The position numbers were made by a program, and so were the translations under genes. From the NCBI RefSeq assembly GCF_023705585.1, contig NZ_BOQE01000001.1:2418710-2450709 (forward strand): a stretch of DNA of 32,000 nucleotides, read 5' to 3'. The notes below the pieces were generated by a model. That model saw only the letters and a list, made by a program, of their open reading frames with translations. It did no database searches and was not told where the DNA came from. This document shows positions 1 through 8,261 of this stretch, in pieces. Every line of letters starts with the position of its first letter. Within the stretch, counting starts at the first letter, position 1. This DNA comes from Collibacillus ludicampi (GTDB lineage: Bacteria > Bacillota > Bacilli > Tumebacillales > BOQE01).

Positions 1-319
1 ACGGAAAGTCCTTCAACCTGGTGATAAATTGCCTTCAGTCCGGGAGCTATCGGCGATGATCACGATCAACCCGAATACGATCGCGAAAGCCTATCAGCAA
101 TTGGAGAGGGAGGGGGTTCTTGAAGTGCTGCGGGGAAGAGGGACATTCATCGCCGAAAGGATTGTTCACGTAAACAGGGAAGAAAGGCTACGCCAGATAC
201 GGGAGACGATGGAGAAACTGCTCATCGAAGCGCATTATCTTCAATTGACGACGGATGATCTGATGGAACTCTTCAAAGAGGTCATTCGCCAATGGAAACA
301 GGGGAAGGAGGAACGTTAA
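1..319 (+). CDS. GntR-family (short, YtrA-like) transcriptional regulator, 5'-truncated by window edge
   Basis: The frame is open from the window edge. It reads ...QPGDKLPSVRELSAMITINPNTIAKAYQQLEREGVLEVLRGRGTFI, a GntR winged-HTH, followed by a short C-terminal tail. The TAA stop at 317-319 abuts the ATG of the downstream ABC ATPase at 320, the classic ytrA-ABC arrangement. Confidence 0.85.
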   Translation, partial: RKVLQPGDKLPSVRELSAMITINPNTIAKAYQQLEREGVLEVLRGRGTFIAERIVHVNREERLRQIRETMEKLLIEAHYLQLTTDDLMELFKEVIRQWKQGKEER

Positions 320-1237
320 ATGTCCACATATGCGATCGAGACGGAACAACTGTGCAAGCGATTGGATGGAAAATGGTTGGTCGATCATCTGGATCTGCGT
401 GTGCCGGAGGGGAGTATCTTCGGTCTGATAGGTCCTAACGGTGCGGGTAAAACAACAACCATCCGCATGTTGATGGGGATTCTGAAACCTACGTCCGGCA
501 AGGCATGGGTCTTGAGTCAGGATATCAGCGAACCTTCGGGAACATACCGGACGAGAGTTGGGTACGTATCCGACTTTTCAAATTTCTATCCCCATTTTCG
601 CGCAGGTTAATTATTAGAATTTTGCAAACGGGTTTATCGTTATTGGGATCAAAAACGATGCCGGGCGCTGATCGATGCGTTTGAACTTCCTGTTGAAAAG
701 AGAATCCGTACGTATTCCAAAGGAATGAAAACACAGTTAGCTCTGATTATCGCTTTATCGATCAGACCTCAACTCCTCATCATGGATGAACCGACGAGTG
801 GGCTGGATCCGGTCGTGAAACAACAATTTTTGCAACTGATCATGCAAGAGGTGGCGGATGGGAATACGACCGTTTTTTATTCGACACACCATCTGCAGGA
901 TTTGGAACGAATCGCAGATTACGCGGCAGCTATCTATAAAGGAAAAGTATTATTTTCAAGGTCGTTGGAGGAGATGAAACAAACGACCCGGAGGATACAA
1001 GTCGTTTTTCCTAACGGTTTGCCTGCGGAGATCCGATCTCTTCCTCAAATCCTGCACATTGAAGAACAAGGGAAAATCTATTCCCTGATCGTGAGTGATC
1101 ACTTCCATGAAACGATGGAACGGATTCGTTCGTTTGATCCTCTTTTCGTTGAAGCGTTGGATCTCAATTTTGAAGAACTTTTTGTCTATACGATGAAGAA
1201 GGAGGGATATGTTCGTGAGCGTATCGTTCTTGAATAA
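320..1237 (+). pseudogene. ABC transporter ATP-binding protein interrupted by an in-frame TAA (608-610)
   Basis: ORFs 320-610 and 725-1237 are in the same frame. The N-terminal part has Walker A (GPNGAGKTT). The C-terminal part has the signature/Walker B region (SKGMKTQLALIIALSIRPQLLIMDEPTSGLD) and an H-loop (STHH). Reading through the TAA gives a continuous sensible sequence, [48 protein letters not shown]. Confidence 0.8.
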
Positions 1238-2249
1238 GGCGCTTCTTTGGAAAGAATGGCGACAGAACCGTGGATATTTTTGGATGTTGTTTCTCGTGAT
1301 GGCTTGGGTACCCATAGGTGTGACATTATTTTCAATTGCGATGCAACCTTTTACAGATCTGGCGTGGGGAGGAGATCCGCATAAAGCGTGGTCACGCATC
1401 ATCTCCTCGCTGGTTCAAGGTCATGCCTCACCGTTTTGGGCTTTTTGGAGCAGTTTCTTTCTTGGAGCCACCTTGCTTGGCCAGGAACGAACGGGAAACA
1501 CGATCGAATTCCTCGTGACGGCTCCTGTCAGCAGAAGGGCGATCGTCTCGGCCAAATTTTTCATGGGAACGGGAATGATCCTTCTGATCATGCTGCTCAT
1601 CGGCCTGTTTATGATCATTATGCCGCTCTTTCTACCTGCGCACTATACGTTTCATGATGTTATTGCCTGGTGGTTACCGACAACATGCGTTCAGCTTGCG
1701 ATCTTCGGGGTCTGTTTTGCAGTATCTACCCTGTCGGGGAAAGCCATAAGTAATTATTTATTATCAATGATCGTCTTATGTCTTCCCCTATGGATTGGGA
1801 GTGGAGTCGCATCGATCCTGCGTAGCATTTATCTGAATAGCTATAAGTATGCTTCCATTGTAAGTATATTCGAGCATTGGGGCACCATGATGTTTCTTCC
1901 CTCCTACTTGTTTATACCAGGAGCTACAGAGAAAACAGGATTCCTGCATGTGCTTGCATTTCTTTTGGTCACAGTCGTATCCTATATCCTCTCTTGCTGG
2001 CTGTTTGAACGAAACCCACTTGAGAAAAATGGTCAAACACTCATATTCGGAAATTTCCTTCGAGTTGCACAAATCGGTTCAGCAATCTTCATCGCATTCT
2101 TTTTGGGAGAAAAACAGACTCTGATCCTGCAGGGCGGCTGGGATATCTTCTTTCTTTTCGCTTTGATCGGATTCTTCGCGACGTACTTCATCTGGAAGGT
2201 GATTTTCCTCTTGATGAGAAGATGGGGATATGATGAGATATCCATATGA
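1209..2249 (+). CDS. ABC-2 type transporter permease (multi-pass membrane protein)
   Basis: 346-aa ORF that is highly hydrophobic with multiple predicted TM segments. It overlaps the end of the ATPase gene by 29 nt (coupled). The context is a GntR-ATPase-permease operon. Confidence 0.75.
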   Translation: MFVSVSFLNKALLWKEWRQNRGYFWMLFLVMAWVPIGVTLFSIAMQPFTDLAWGGDPHKAWSRIISSLVQGHASPFWAFWSSFFLGATLLGQERTGNTIEFLVTAPVSRRAIVSAKFFMGTGMILLIMLLIGLFMIIMPLFLPAHYTFHDVIAWWLPTTCVQLAIFGVCFAVSTLSGKAISNYLLSMIVLCLPLWIGSGVASILRSIYLNSYKYASIVSIFEHWGTMMFLPSYLFIPGATEKTGFLHVLAFLLVTVVSYILSCWLFERNPLEKNGQTLIFGNFLRVAQIGSAIFIAFFLGEKQTLILQGGWDIFFLFALIGFFATYFIWKVIFLLMRRWGYDEISI

Positions 2250-2271
2250 AATGAAATCAGCGAGATATGAT

Positions 2272-2319
2272 AGAGGCTGTTCCCAAAAATCACAATTGAT
2301 TTTATTTGGAACAGCCTCT
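2272..2319 (+). terminator. Hairpin downstream of ABC operon (12-bp stem AGAGGCTGTTCC/GGAACAGCCTCT, 24-nt loop)
   Basis: Perfect 12-bp inverted repeat at 2272-2283 and 2308-2319, followed by a T-rich tract. The large loop makes it atypical. Confidence 0.45.
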
Positions 2320-2477
2320 TCTGTTATTGATTTTTTGTGAGTGATGAAGCTCTTTTGTTTTAAATATATTTTCGGGCTGCCGGAAGAACCTAAATACCCG
2401 ATCACGAAAATCATACAACGAAAAATATTTTATTTTAAAAATAATATTAATTATTTAATATAGAATGAAGGTTTCCA

Positions 2478-2488
2478 TAATATATGAT
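2478..2488 (+). promoter_or_regulatory. TAATATATGAT box (contains -10-like TATGAT at 2483-2488) upstream of the first hpa operon
   Basis: This 11-mer is identical to the -10 region of the regulator promoter (reverse complement of 10133-10143). It lies 32 nt upstream of the ATG at 2520. The -35 position reads ATAGAA, which is poor. Confidence 0.35.
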
Positions 2489-2519
2489 ATTATATATGAA
2501 GAGGGGAGGAGTGAAAAGA

Positions 2520-3308
2520 ATGAGGAAAGTGAAGATCAAATTTCGTGGAATGTTGCAAGTGATCGAAGCTGGTGTGAACACGGCAAACCATATCGTTGAG
2601 TTGCAAGGGAAACGTTATGACGCTGACAAGCTCCCTTTGGATGCCCCCGTGTCGGGAACAATTTATGGTGTCCTCCTGAATTACAAGGGGGCACTCGCCA
2701 CACTTGGGAATGCTGTCAATGAACCCCCTTATAAGGTAGCACCCAAGGCACCTGTCTTATATATCAAACCAGCAAATACGGTCATAGGTTACGGTATGCC
2801 TATCCCGTTACCTGATCATGTTCCGGCACTAGAGATCGGTGCAACCCTGGGCGTTGTGATCGGCCGAAAGGCTACTCGTGTGAGTGAGGAACAGGCGTTA
2901 ACTTATGTAGACGGTTACACCGTGGTCAATGATGTCAGTATTCCGCATACGAGTTTGTACCGACCGGCTGTAAGCCAAAAATCTCGTGATGGCTTTTGTC
3001 CGGTAGGACCCTGGGTGATTGAACGCGATGCCGTCGTAAATCCAGATGCATTAAGGGTGCGCGTGTACATCAACGGTGAGTTGCGGCAGGAAAATACCAC
3101 CGCTAACCTGATCCGTCCAATCCCGCGATTGATTGCTGAAATTACGGATTTTATGACGCTGAACATTGGAGACACGCTTTTGGTGGGGGTTCCTGAAGAT
3201 GCACCGCTTGCGAAGGCGGGTGATCATGTGCGCATCGAAATCGACAACATTGGTATTTTGGAAAATACGGTTGTGCATGAACGCGAACTCTACAAGGAGG
3301 CTAAATGA
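2520..3308 (+). CDS. hpaG: Fumarylacetoacetate hydrolase (FAH) family protein, HpaG-like subunit 1 (OPET decarboxylase / HHDD isomerase family)
   Basis: FAH-fold sequence (…GDTLLVGVPEDAPLAKAGDHVRIEIDNIGILENTV). ORF 2484-3308; I prefer ATG 2520, which sits 10 nt after GGAGG (2505-2509). It is adjacent to a second FAH gene and hpaF. Confidence 0.8.
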   Translation: MRKVKIKFRGMLQVIEAGVNTANHIVELQGKRYDADKLPLDAPVSGTIYGVLLNYKGALATLGNAVNEPPYKVAPKAPVLYIKPANTVIGYGMPIPLPDHVPALEIGATLGVVIGRKATRVSEEQALTYVDGYTVVNDVSIPHTSLYRPAVSQKSRDGFCPVGPWVIERDAVVNPDALRVRVYINGELRQENTTANLIRPIPRLIAEITDFMTLNIGDTLLVGVPEDAPLAKAGDHVRIEIDNIGILENTVVHERELYKEAK

Positions 3309-4072
3309 TGAAACGAGCGCGAATTGCCTATCTGGGCGCGATCCATGAGGCTGTTGAAATGGACGGTCGCCTCAAACTGGATGATGGTCGTATTGTGGAG
3401 GAACATCAAGTGGTTTGGTTGCCACCCGTGCAACCTCGTACGGTGTTCGCCCTCGGTCTGAACTATGCGGATCACGCAAAGGAACTGTCGTTTAAAGCTC
3501 CAACTGAACCGCTTGTTTTTCTGAAAGGGCCTAATACGTTCGTCGGTCATCGGGCCCATACCCGTCGTCCGTCGGATGCGACTTACATGCACTATGAGTG
3601 TGAACTGGCTGTCGTAATGGGTCGTACGGCCCGTCATGTCAAACGCGAAGACGCTTATGATTATGTATTGGGTTATACTGTGGCAAATGATTACACCATT
3701 CGCGATTATTTAGAAAATTACTATCGGCCCAACCTGAGAGTCAAAAACCGTGACACATGTACGCCGATCGGACCATGGCTGGTAGATGCCAAAGATATTG
3801 CCGATCCGATGAATTTGACCTTGCGTACTTATGTGAACGGAAAGTTGACACAAGAAGGTAACACACGGGACATGATTTTCAGCATTCCCGTTCTGATCGA
3901 GTATTTGAGCAGTTTCATGACGCTTAATGCCGGAGATATCATTTTGACCGGAACTCCCGAAGGATTGATCGATACAAAAGTCGGTGACGAAGTTGTTACG
4001 GAAATCGAAAGCATAGGGAGATTGGTCAACACGATCGTTGGGGATGAATCTTTTAATGAAACTAACATGTAA
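3305..4072 (+). CDS. hpaG: FAH family protein, HpaG-like subunit 2
   Basis: 255-aa FAH-fold protein (…NAGDIILTGTPEGLIDTKVGDEVVTEIESIGRLVNTIV). The start ATGATG overlaps the upstream TGA stop and AGGAGG lies just upstream. The split two-gene form corresponds to the fused E. coli HpaG. Confidence 0.8.
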   Translation: MMKRARIAYLGAIHEAVEMDGRLKLDDGRIVEEHQVVWLPPVQPRTVFALGLNYADHAKELSFKAPTEPLVFLKGPNTFVGHRAHTRRPSDATYMHYECELAVVMGRTARHVKREDAYDYVLGYTVANDYTIRDYLENYYRPNLRVKNRDTCTPIGPWLVDAKDIADPMNLTLRTYVNGKLTQEGNTRDMIFSIPVLIEYLSSFMTLNAGDIILTGTPEGLIDTKVGDEVVTEIESIGRLVNTIVGDESFNETNM

Positions 4073-4084
4073 AGGAGTAAAGTC

Positions 4085-4471
4085 ATGCCACATTTTATCG
4101 TCGAATATACCAATAATATCAAGGCCGAAGCGGATATACCCGGTCTTCTCAAAAAGATCAATGATGTTTTCATCTCATATGACCATATTTTCCCAATAGG
4201 TGGAATTCGCTCGAGAGCCATCGAACTCAAAGATTATTGTGTGGCCGATGGAGCAGAGGACGATGCGTTTGTCCATGCTACTTTAAAGATTGGCGCAGGT
4301 CGATCCGCAGAAGATAAGAAGGCAGTCTGTGATGATCTCTTCGAAGTTATGAAGGAACATTTTGCAGACTTATTCTCTAAACGTTACTTGGCATTGTCAA
4401 TGGAGTTGATCGAATTTAGTGAGTTCGGTACTTATAAACACAACAATATCCATGCTCGTTTCAAAAAATAG
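4085..4471 (+). CDS. hpaF: 5-carboxymethyl-2-hydroxymuconate isomerase
   Basis: 128 aa. The N-terminus MPHFIVEYTNNIKAEADIPGL… and the internal FVHATLKIGAGRS closely resemble E. coli HpcD/HpaF as I recall it. AAGGAG RBS. Confidence 0.88.
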   Translation: MPHFIVEYTNNIKAEADIPGLLKKINDVFISYDHIFPIGGIRSRAIELKDYCVADGAEDDAFVHATLKIGAGRSAEDKKAVCDDLFEVMKEHFADLFSKRYLALSMELIEFSEFGTYKHNNIHARFKK

Positions 4472-4524
4472 GTTCCGTCATTACGCTGCTGTTCAATTTT
4501 CAAGCAAACTTAGATGAACTGAAA

Positions 4525-4680
4525 TGATGGATACCACAATCGCGCCGTACCGGGACTCTCGGTACTATCGATCCTACACGAATAATCAAAGATGTTTGCC
4601 ATACTCATAAGTTAATTTGCAATGAAGTCTGGTGTTGTGCGATTGTGGTTCAATACTTTTTAAGATTTTATTATCCATCA
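4525..4680. repeat. Nested palindromic element A (interrupted inverted repeat with inner hairpin)
   Basis: The left arm is TGATGGATACCACAATCGCGC (4525-4545). Its complement is split into GTGCGATTGTGGT (4637-4649) and TATCCATCA (4672-4680), separated by about 23 nt. An inner hairpin is GTACCG(4547-4552)/CGGTAC(4560-4565). It shares TGGATACCAC with element B. Confidence 0.55.
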
Positions 4681-4732
4681 ATATACCTTATTTTCGGAAA
4701 TGATAATTAATACAATAATTTCGAATAGTCTA

Positions 4733-4762
4733 TTGACAATCATATATGATTTTATATATTAT
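4733..4762 (+). promoter_or_regulatory. SigA-type promoter with embedded palindromic operator (TTGACA - ATCATATATGAT - TATTAT)
   Basis: TTGACA at 4733-4738, an 18-nt spacer, and TATTAT at 4757-4762. The perfect palindrome ATCATATATGAT (4739-4750) lies in the spacer. 25 of 30 positions are identical to the regulator promoter at 10161-10133 (minus strand). Confidence 0.5.
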
Positions 4763-4968
4763 ATTCACAGGGTTATTAAATAAGGCTAAAATCGAGAAGG
4801 AGGCTAAGAGCTTGGACGATTGAACTTATAGAAACTTTATGGGTAGATTGCTATTGATGTAACCGTTATCACGAGAGTGGTAGACGAAGAAGTACTGGTA
4901 TGACAGCGAATGCATGTATGTATCGCTGAATCCTAAAAGAATTTTGATATCAATTGTTCGTTAAATCT

Positions 4969-4998
4969 TTGTACAATTTACAATAGACGTGATAGTAT
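4969..4998 (+). promoter_or_regulatory. Candidate hpaE-proximal promoter (TTGTAC ... TGaTAGTAT)
   Basis: TTGTAC at 4969-4974, a 17-18 nt spacer, then TAGTAT at 4993-4998 preceded by a TG. It lies about 105 nt upstream of the hpaE ATG. Confidence 0.3.
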
Positions 4999-5021
4999 CA
5001 TTTGGAGAAAAAACGATGTAT

Positions 5022-5035
5022 TGAATCATATATTA
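5022..5035. promoter_or_regulatory. Operator-like 14-mer TGAATCATATATTA (exact second copy at 10130-10143)
   Basis: Exact 14-nt repeat. This copy lies between the candidate promoter and the hpaE start. The other copy covers the -10 and start region of the GntR regulator gene. Confidence 0.4.
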
Positions 5036-5104
5036 TTTCATATACTTTTTCGGCATTAAGAAAACGTTTCAAAAACATCAAGCAATGAGTAGGTGTTAAT
5101 TTAG

Positions 5105-6595
5105 ATGAGCAAGGTTAGAGTTGATCGAGTTCTTCACTACATTAACGGACAATTTGTTGAAGGAGTTTCGGGCAAACGTTTTGAGAATATGAATCCGTTT
5201 AACAACCAGGTGTTAAATGAAGTGGCAGAGGGTTTCAAGGAAGATATAGATTTAGCGGTACAAGCGGCACGAAAGGCTTTCGACCAAGGGCCATGGGGGA
5301 AGATGAGCGTCACCGATCGGTTAAAATATATTCTCAAGATTGCAGATTTGATCGAGACCTACAGTGAAGAATTATCGTATCTCGAATCGCTGGATACGGG
5401 TTTACCAATTAGCCAAACCAAGAAAATGGCGGCTCGTGCGGCGGAAAACTTCCGGTTTTATGCGGAAATGGTGAAGAGCCGGATGGTGGGAGAGGCTTAT
5501 CAAGTGGACGGAGATTTCATCAATTATACGATTCATAAACCCATTGGAGTTGCAGGTTTGATTACTCCCTGGAATGCTCCCTTTATGTTAGAAACTTGGA
5601 AAGTGGCTCCTGCATTGGCTACAGGTAATACCGTTGTTTTAAAACCAGCTGAATGGTCACCGCTTACGGCGAATAAACTCGCTGAAATCATTCATGAAGC
5701 CGGACTGCCGGAAGGCGTCTTTAACGTTGTACATGGTTTTGGGGAAACGGCTGGAGCATCTCTAGTCGCACATCCTAACGTTCGCTTAATCTCTTTTACT
5801 GGAGAAACGACAACTGGATCGGAAATTATTAAAAATAGTGCGGATACTTTGAAGAAAATTTCTATGGAGCTTGGTGGAAAATCACCGGCGATCGTCTTTG
5901 CCGATGCCGATTTAGAAAGTGCATTGGACGCAGTGGTATGGGGGATTTTCTCCTTCAATGGTGAACGTTGTACCGCAAATTCGCGTCTCTTCTTGCAAAA
6001 GCCCATTTATGATACGTTTGTTGAAGCATTAAAAGAACGTGTCTCCAATATCGTTGTCGGTGACCCTATGGATGAGTCTACAGAAGTGGGACCTTTAATT
6101 CATAAAAAACACTGGCAAAATGTGATGAACTATATTGACATTGCCCGTGCGGAATGTGCAGAAGTGTTCAGCGGATCGATTCCAGATGCATATCGAGCGG
6201 GTAATTATGTAGCGCCAACGCTTCTTTTAAATTGTCATAATCAAATGCGTGTAGCGCAAGAAGAGATCTTTGGACCGGTCATGGCTGTAATTCCTTTCGA
6301 TACGGAAGAAGAAGTATTGCAGATGGCTAATGATGTAAGATATGGTCTGGCCGCTTACGTTTGGACAAGTGATATTAAACGTGGACATCGCTTGGCACAA
6401 GCGATAGAAAGTGGAATGGTATGGATCAATTCACAAAATACAAGGGATTTGCGGATTCCTTTTGGAGGAACCAAACATAGTGGAATCGGGCGTGAAGGTG
6501 GACACTACAGCTTTGAATTCTATACAGAAACCCAAGTGATTCATGTCGCTATTGAGAACCACCATATCCCTAAATTCGGAAAAACAAAAAAGTAA
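5105..6595 (+). CDS. hpaE: 5-carboxymethyl-2-hydroxymuconate semialdehyde dehydrogenase (NAD-dependent aldehyde dehydrogenase family)
   Basis: 496-aa ALDH-family protein with the catalytic region FSFNGERCTANSRLF and ELGGKSP. The specific assignment comes from the hpa cluster context. Confidence 0.85.
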   Translation: MSKVRVDRVLHYINGQFVEGVSGKRFENMNPFNNQVLNEVAEGFKEDIDLAVQAARKAFDQGPWGKMSVTDRLKYILKIADLIETYSEELSYLESLDTGLPISQTKKMAARAAENFRFYAEMVKSRMVGEAYQVDGDFINYTIHKPIGVAGLITPWNAPFMLETWKVAPALATGNTVVLKPAEWSPLTANKLAEIIHEAGLPEGVFNVVHGFGETAGASLVAHPNVRLISFTGETTTGSEIIKNSADTLKKISMELGGKSPAIVFADADLESALDAVVWGIFSFNGERCTANSRLFLQKPIYDTFVEALKERVSNIVVGDPMDESTEVGPLIHKKHWQNVMNYIDIARAECAEVFSGSIPDAYRAGNYVAPTLLLNCHNQMRVAQEEIFGPVMAVIPFDTEEEVLQMANDVRYGLAAYVWTSDIKRGHRLAQAIESGMVWINSQNTRDLRIPFGGTKHSGIGREGGHYSFEFYTETQVIHVAIENHHIPKFGKTKK

Positions 6596-6636
6596 GAAAT
6601 ATTAATAACAAATAGTAAAAATCAGGGGTGATCAAA

Positions 6637-8109
6637 ATGCCGGCTAAGACAGGACAACAATATATTGAACGAGTGGACAAAGCGCGATCCAATGTGTGGA
6701 TTGATGGAAAGAGGGTAGAGGGGAAGATTTCTGAACACCCTGCATTCAAAGGGGTCATGAAAAGCCAGGCTGCTCTCTACGACATGCAGCATGATAAAGA
6801 TAAACAGGATTTTATGACTTATAAATCACCGACAACAGGTGAACGAGTAGGAACATCTTTCCTACAACCCCGGACCAAAGAGGATTTGGAAAAACGCCGC
6901 AAGATGATTCAAGAATGGGCCCGTTTCAACGGAGGGATGATGGGGCGTTCTCCAGACTATATCAATGCCGGATTGATGGCTTATGGAGCGGCAGCGGAAA
7001 TGTTCGGAAAACAGGATCCCATGTTTGCCGAAAACATGCGGAATTATTATGAATACGCCCGTGAAAACGATTTATCGTTAACGCATACGCTAATCCAGCC
7101 TCAAGTCAATCGGGCAGTCAATTCGGCACAGCTTCCGGATCCGTATATCGCGGCGCGTATCGTTAAGAAAAATTCGGAAGGGGTTGTTATTCGGGGAGCA
7201 CGCTTGCTGGCGACACAAGGGGGAATCACCGATGAAATCATGGTGTTTCCTTCAACGGTTTTGAAGCAGTCAGATGATGAAAAACCATACGCATTTGCCT
7301 TCTGCATTCCGAATAATACACCCGGATTGAAATTTATTTGTAGAGAATCGTTTGATTACGGGAAATCCGCTTTCGATCATCCGTTGGGTTCCCGTTTTGA
7401 AGAAATGGATACGATTGTAGTCTTTGATGATGTAACTGTTCCGTGGGATCGCGTTTTTGCCCTTGGGGATGTTGAAATTTGCAATCGGGCCTATATCGAA
7501 AGTAACGCTCAAGTTCACATGACTCACCAAGTCGTATCTAAAAATATTGCGAAAACGGAGTTCATCCTTGGCATTCTACAGTTAATGGTAGAAACCATTA
7601 ATATTGGTCAGTTTCAACATGTACAGGAAAAAATGTCTGAGGTCATCATTGTCCTTGAAATCATGAAATCGTTGATGATTGCAGCAGAAACGAATGCCCA
7701 AGTAGATAAGTGGGGAATTATGACACCGGACTTTAAACCTTTAAATGTTGCCCGAAACTATTTCCCCAAAATGTATCCCCGGTTTATGGAGATCATGCAA
7801 TTGCTTGGAGCGAGCGGTTTGATGGCGATTCCAAATGAAGCAGACTTTAACTCTGAACTTCGTGCAGATCTGGATAAGTATTTGCAAGCCGCAAATTCGG
7901 ATGCTTATAACCGGGTTAAACTGTATCGATTAGCATGGGATACATGTATGAGTGCTTTTGGGTCGCGCCAAACGCTGTATGAGCGCTTTTTCTTCGGAGA
8001 TCCCGTCCGTATGGCTAGCGCTTTATACAACTGGTATGGTAAACAAGAATACGTGGATCGTGTCAAGGAATTTTTACAGCGTTCTGAAGAACTCGTGTTG
8101 AAGGGATAA
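6637..8109 (+). CDS. hpaB: 4-hydroxyphenylacetate 3-monooxygenase, oxygenase component (HpaB/PheA1 two-component flavin monooxygenase family)
   Basis: About 490 aa. The N-terminus MPAKTGQQYIERVDKARSNVWIDGKRV…EHPAF is typical of the HpaB family. ATG 6637 sits 6 nt after AGGGGTG and is preferred over GTG 6628. Confidence 0.85.
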   Translation: MPAKTGQQYIERVDKARSNVWIDGKRVEGKISEHPAFKGVMKSQAALYDMQHDKDKQDFMTYKSPTTGERVGTSFLQPRTKEDLEKRRKMIQEWARFNGGMMGRSPDYINAGLMAYGAAAEMFGKQDPMFAENMRNYYEYARENDLSLTHTLIQPQVNRAVNSAQLPDPYIAARIVKKNSEGVVIRGARLLATQGGITDEIMVFPSTVLKQSDDEKPYAFAFCIPNNTPGLKFICRESFDYGKSAFDHPLGSRFEEMDTIVVFDDVTVPWDRVFALGDVEICNRAYIESNAQVHMTHQVVSKNIAKTEFILGILQLMVETINIGQFQHVQEKMSEVIIVLEIMKSLMIAAETNAQVDKWGIMTPDFKPLNVARNYFPKMYPRFMEIMQLLGASGLMAIPNEADFNSELRADLDKYLQAANSDAYNRVKLYRLAWDTCMSAFGSRQTLYERFFFGDPVRMASALYNWYGKQEYVDRVKEFLQRSEELVLKG

Positions 8110-8261
8110 TTATCTATATATAAAAAATTCATAATAATTAAAATTAATTGGATTTAATACAAATGAGAAATCTATTCCACTTCGTTCAACAAATAAAACG
8201 ATTGAACCCAAAGCTATAGGAAGATGTAAAAAATGAGTAAAAGGAGAGAGGTGTGTTATAA

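Noticed and set aside
2484-2519. N-terminal extensions of ORF-track calls, such as 2484, 6628, 10240, 16871, 18708, 20486, 23324, 24959, 25018, 27718 and 30498
   Set aside because: In each case an internal ATG has a well-spaced GGAGG-like RBS. In several cases the extension runs through an upstream terminator (20485-20511, 23367-23396) or encodes implausible sequence. I preferred the shorter starts.
4533-4565. Possible T-box or riboswitch core in the structured region after hpaF (…CGCGCCGTACCGGG…)
   Set aside because: It bears only a superficial resemblance to the T-box GGTGGTACCGCG motif. There is no specifier loop or AGAGA/GNUGGNA elements, the orientation is wrong, and no amino-acid-related gene lies downstream.
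4812-4823. 3-codon ORF TTG-GAC-GAT-TGA as a functional leader peptide
   Set aside because: The SD is strong, but a 3-codon ORF has no known regulatory precedent that I can tie to this pathway. It is reported only as an oddity within the spacer finding, not as a gene.
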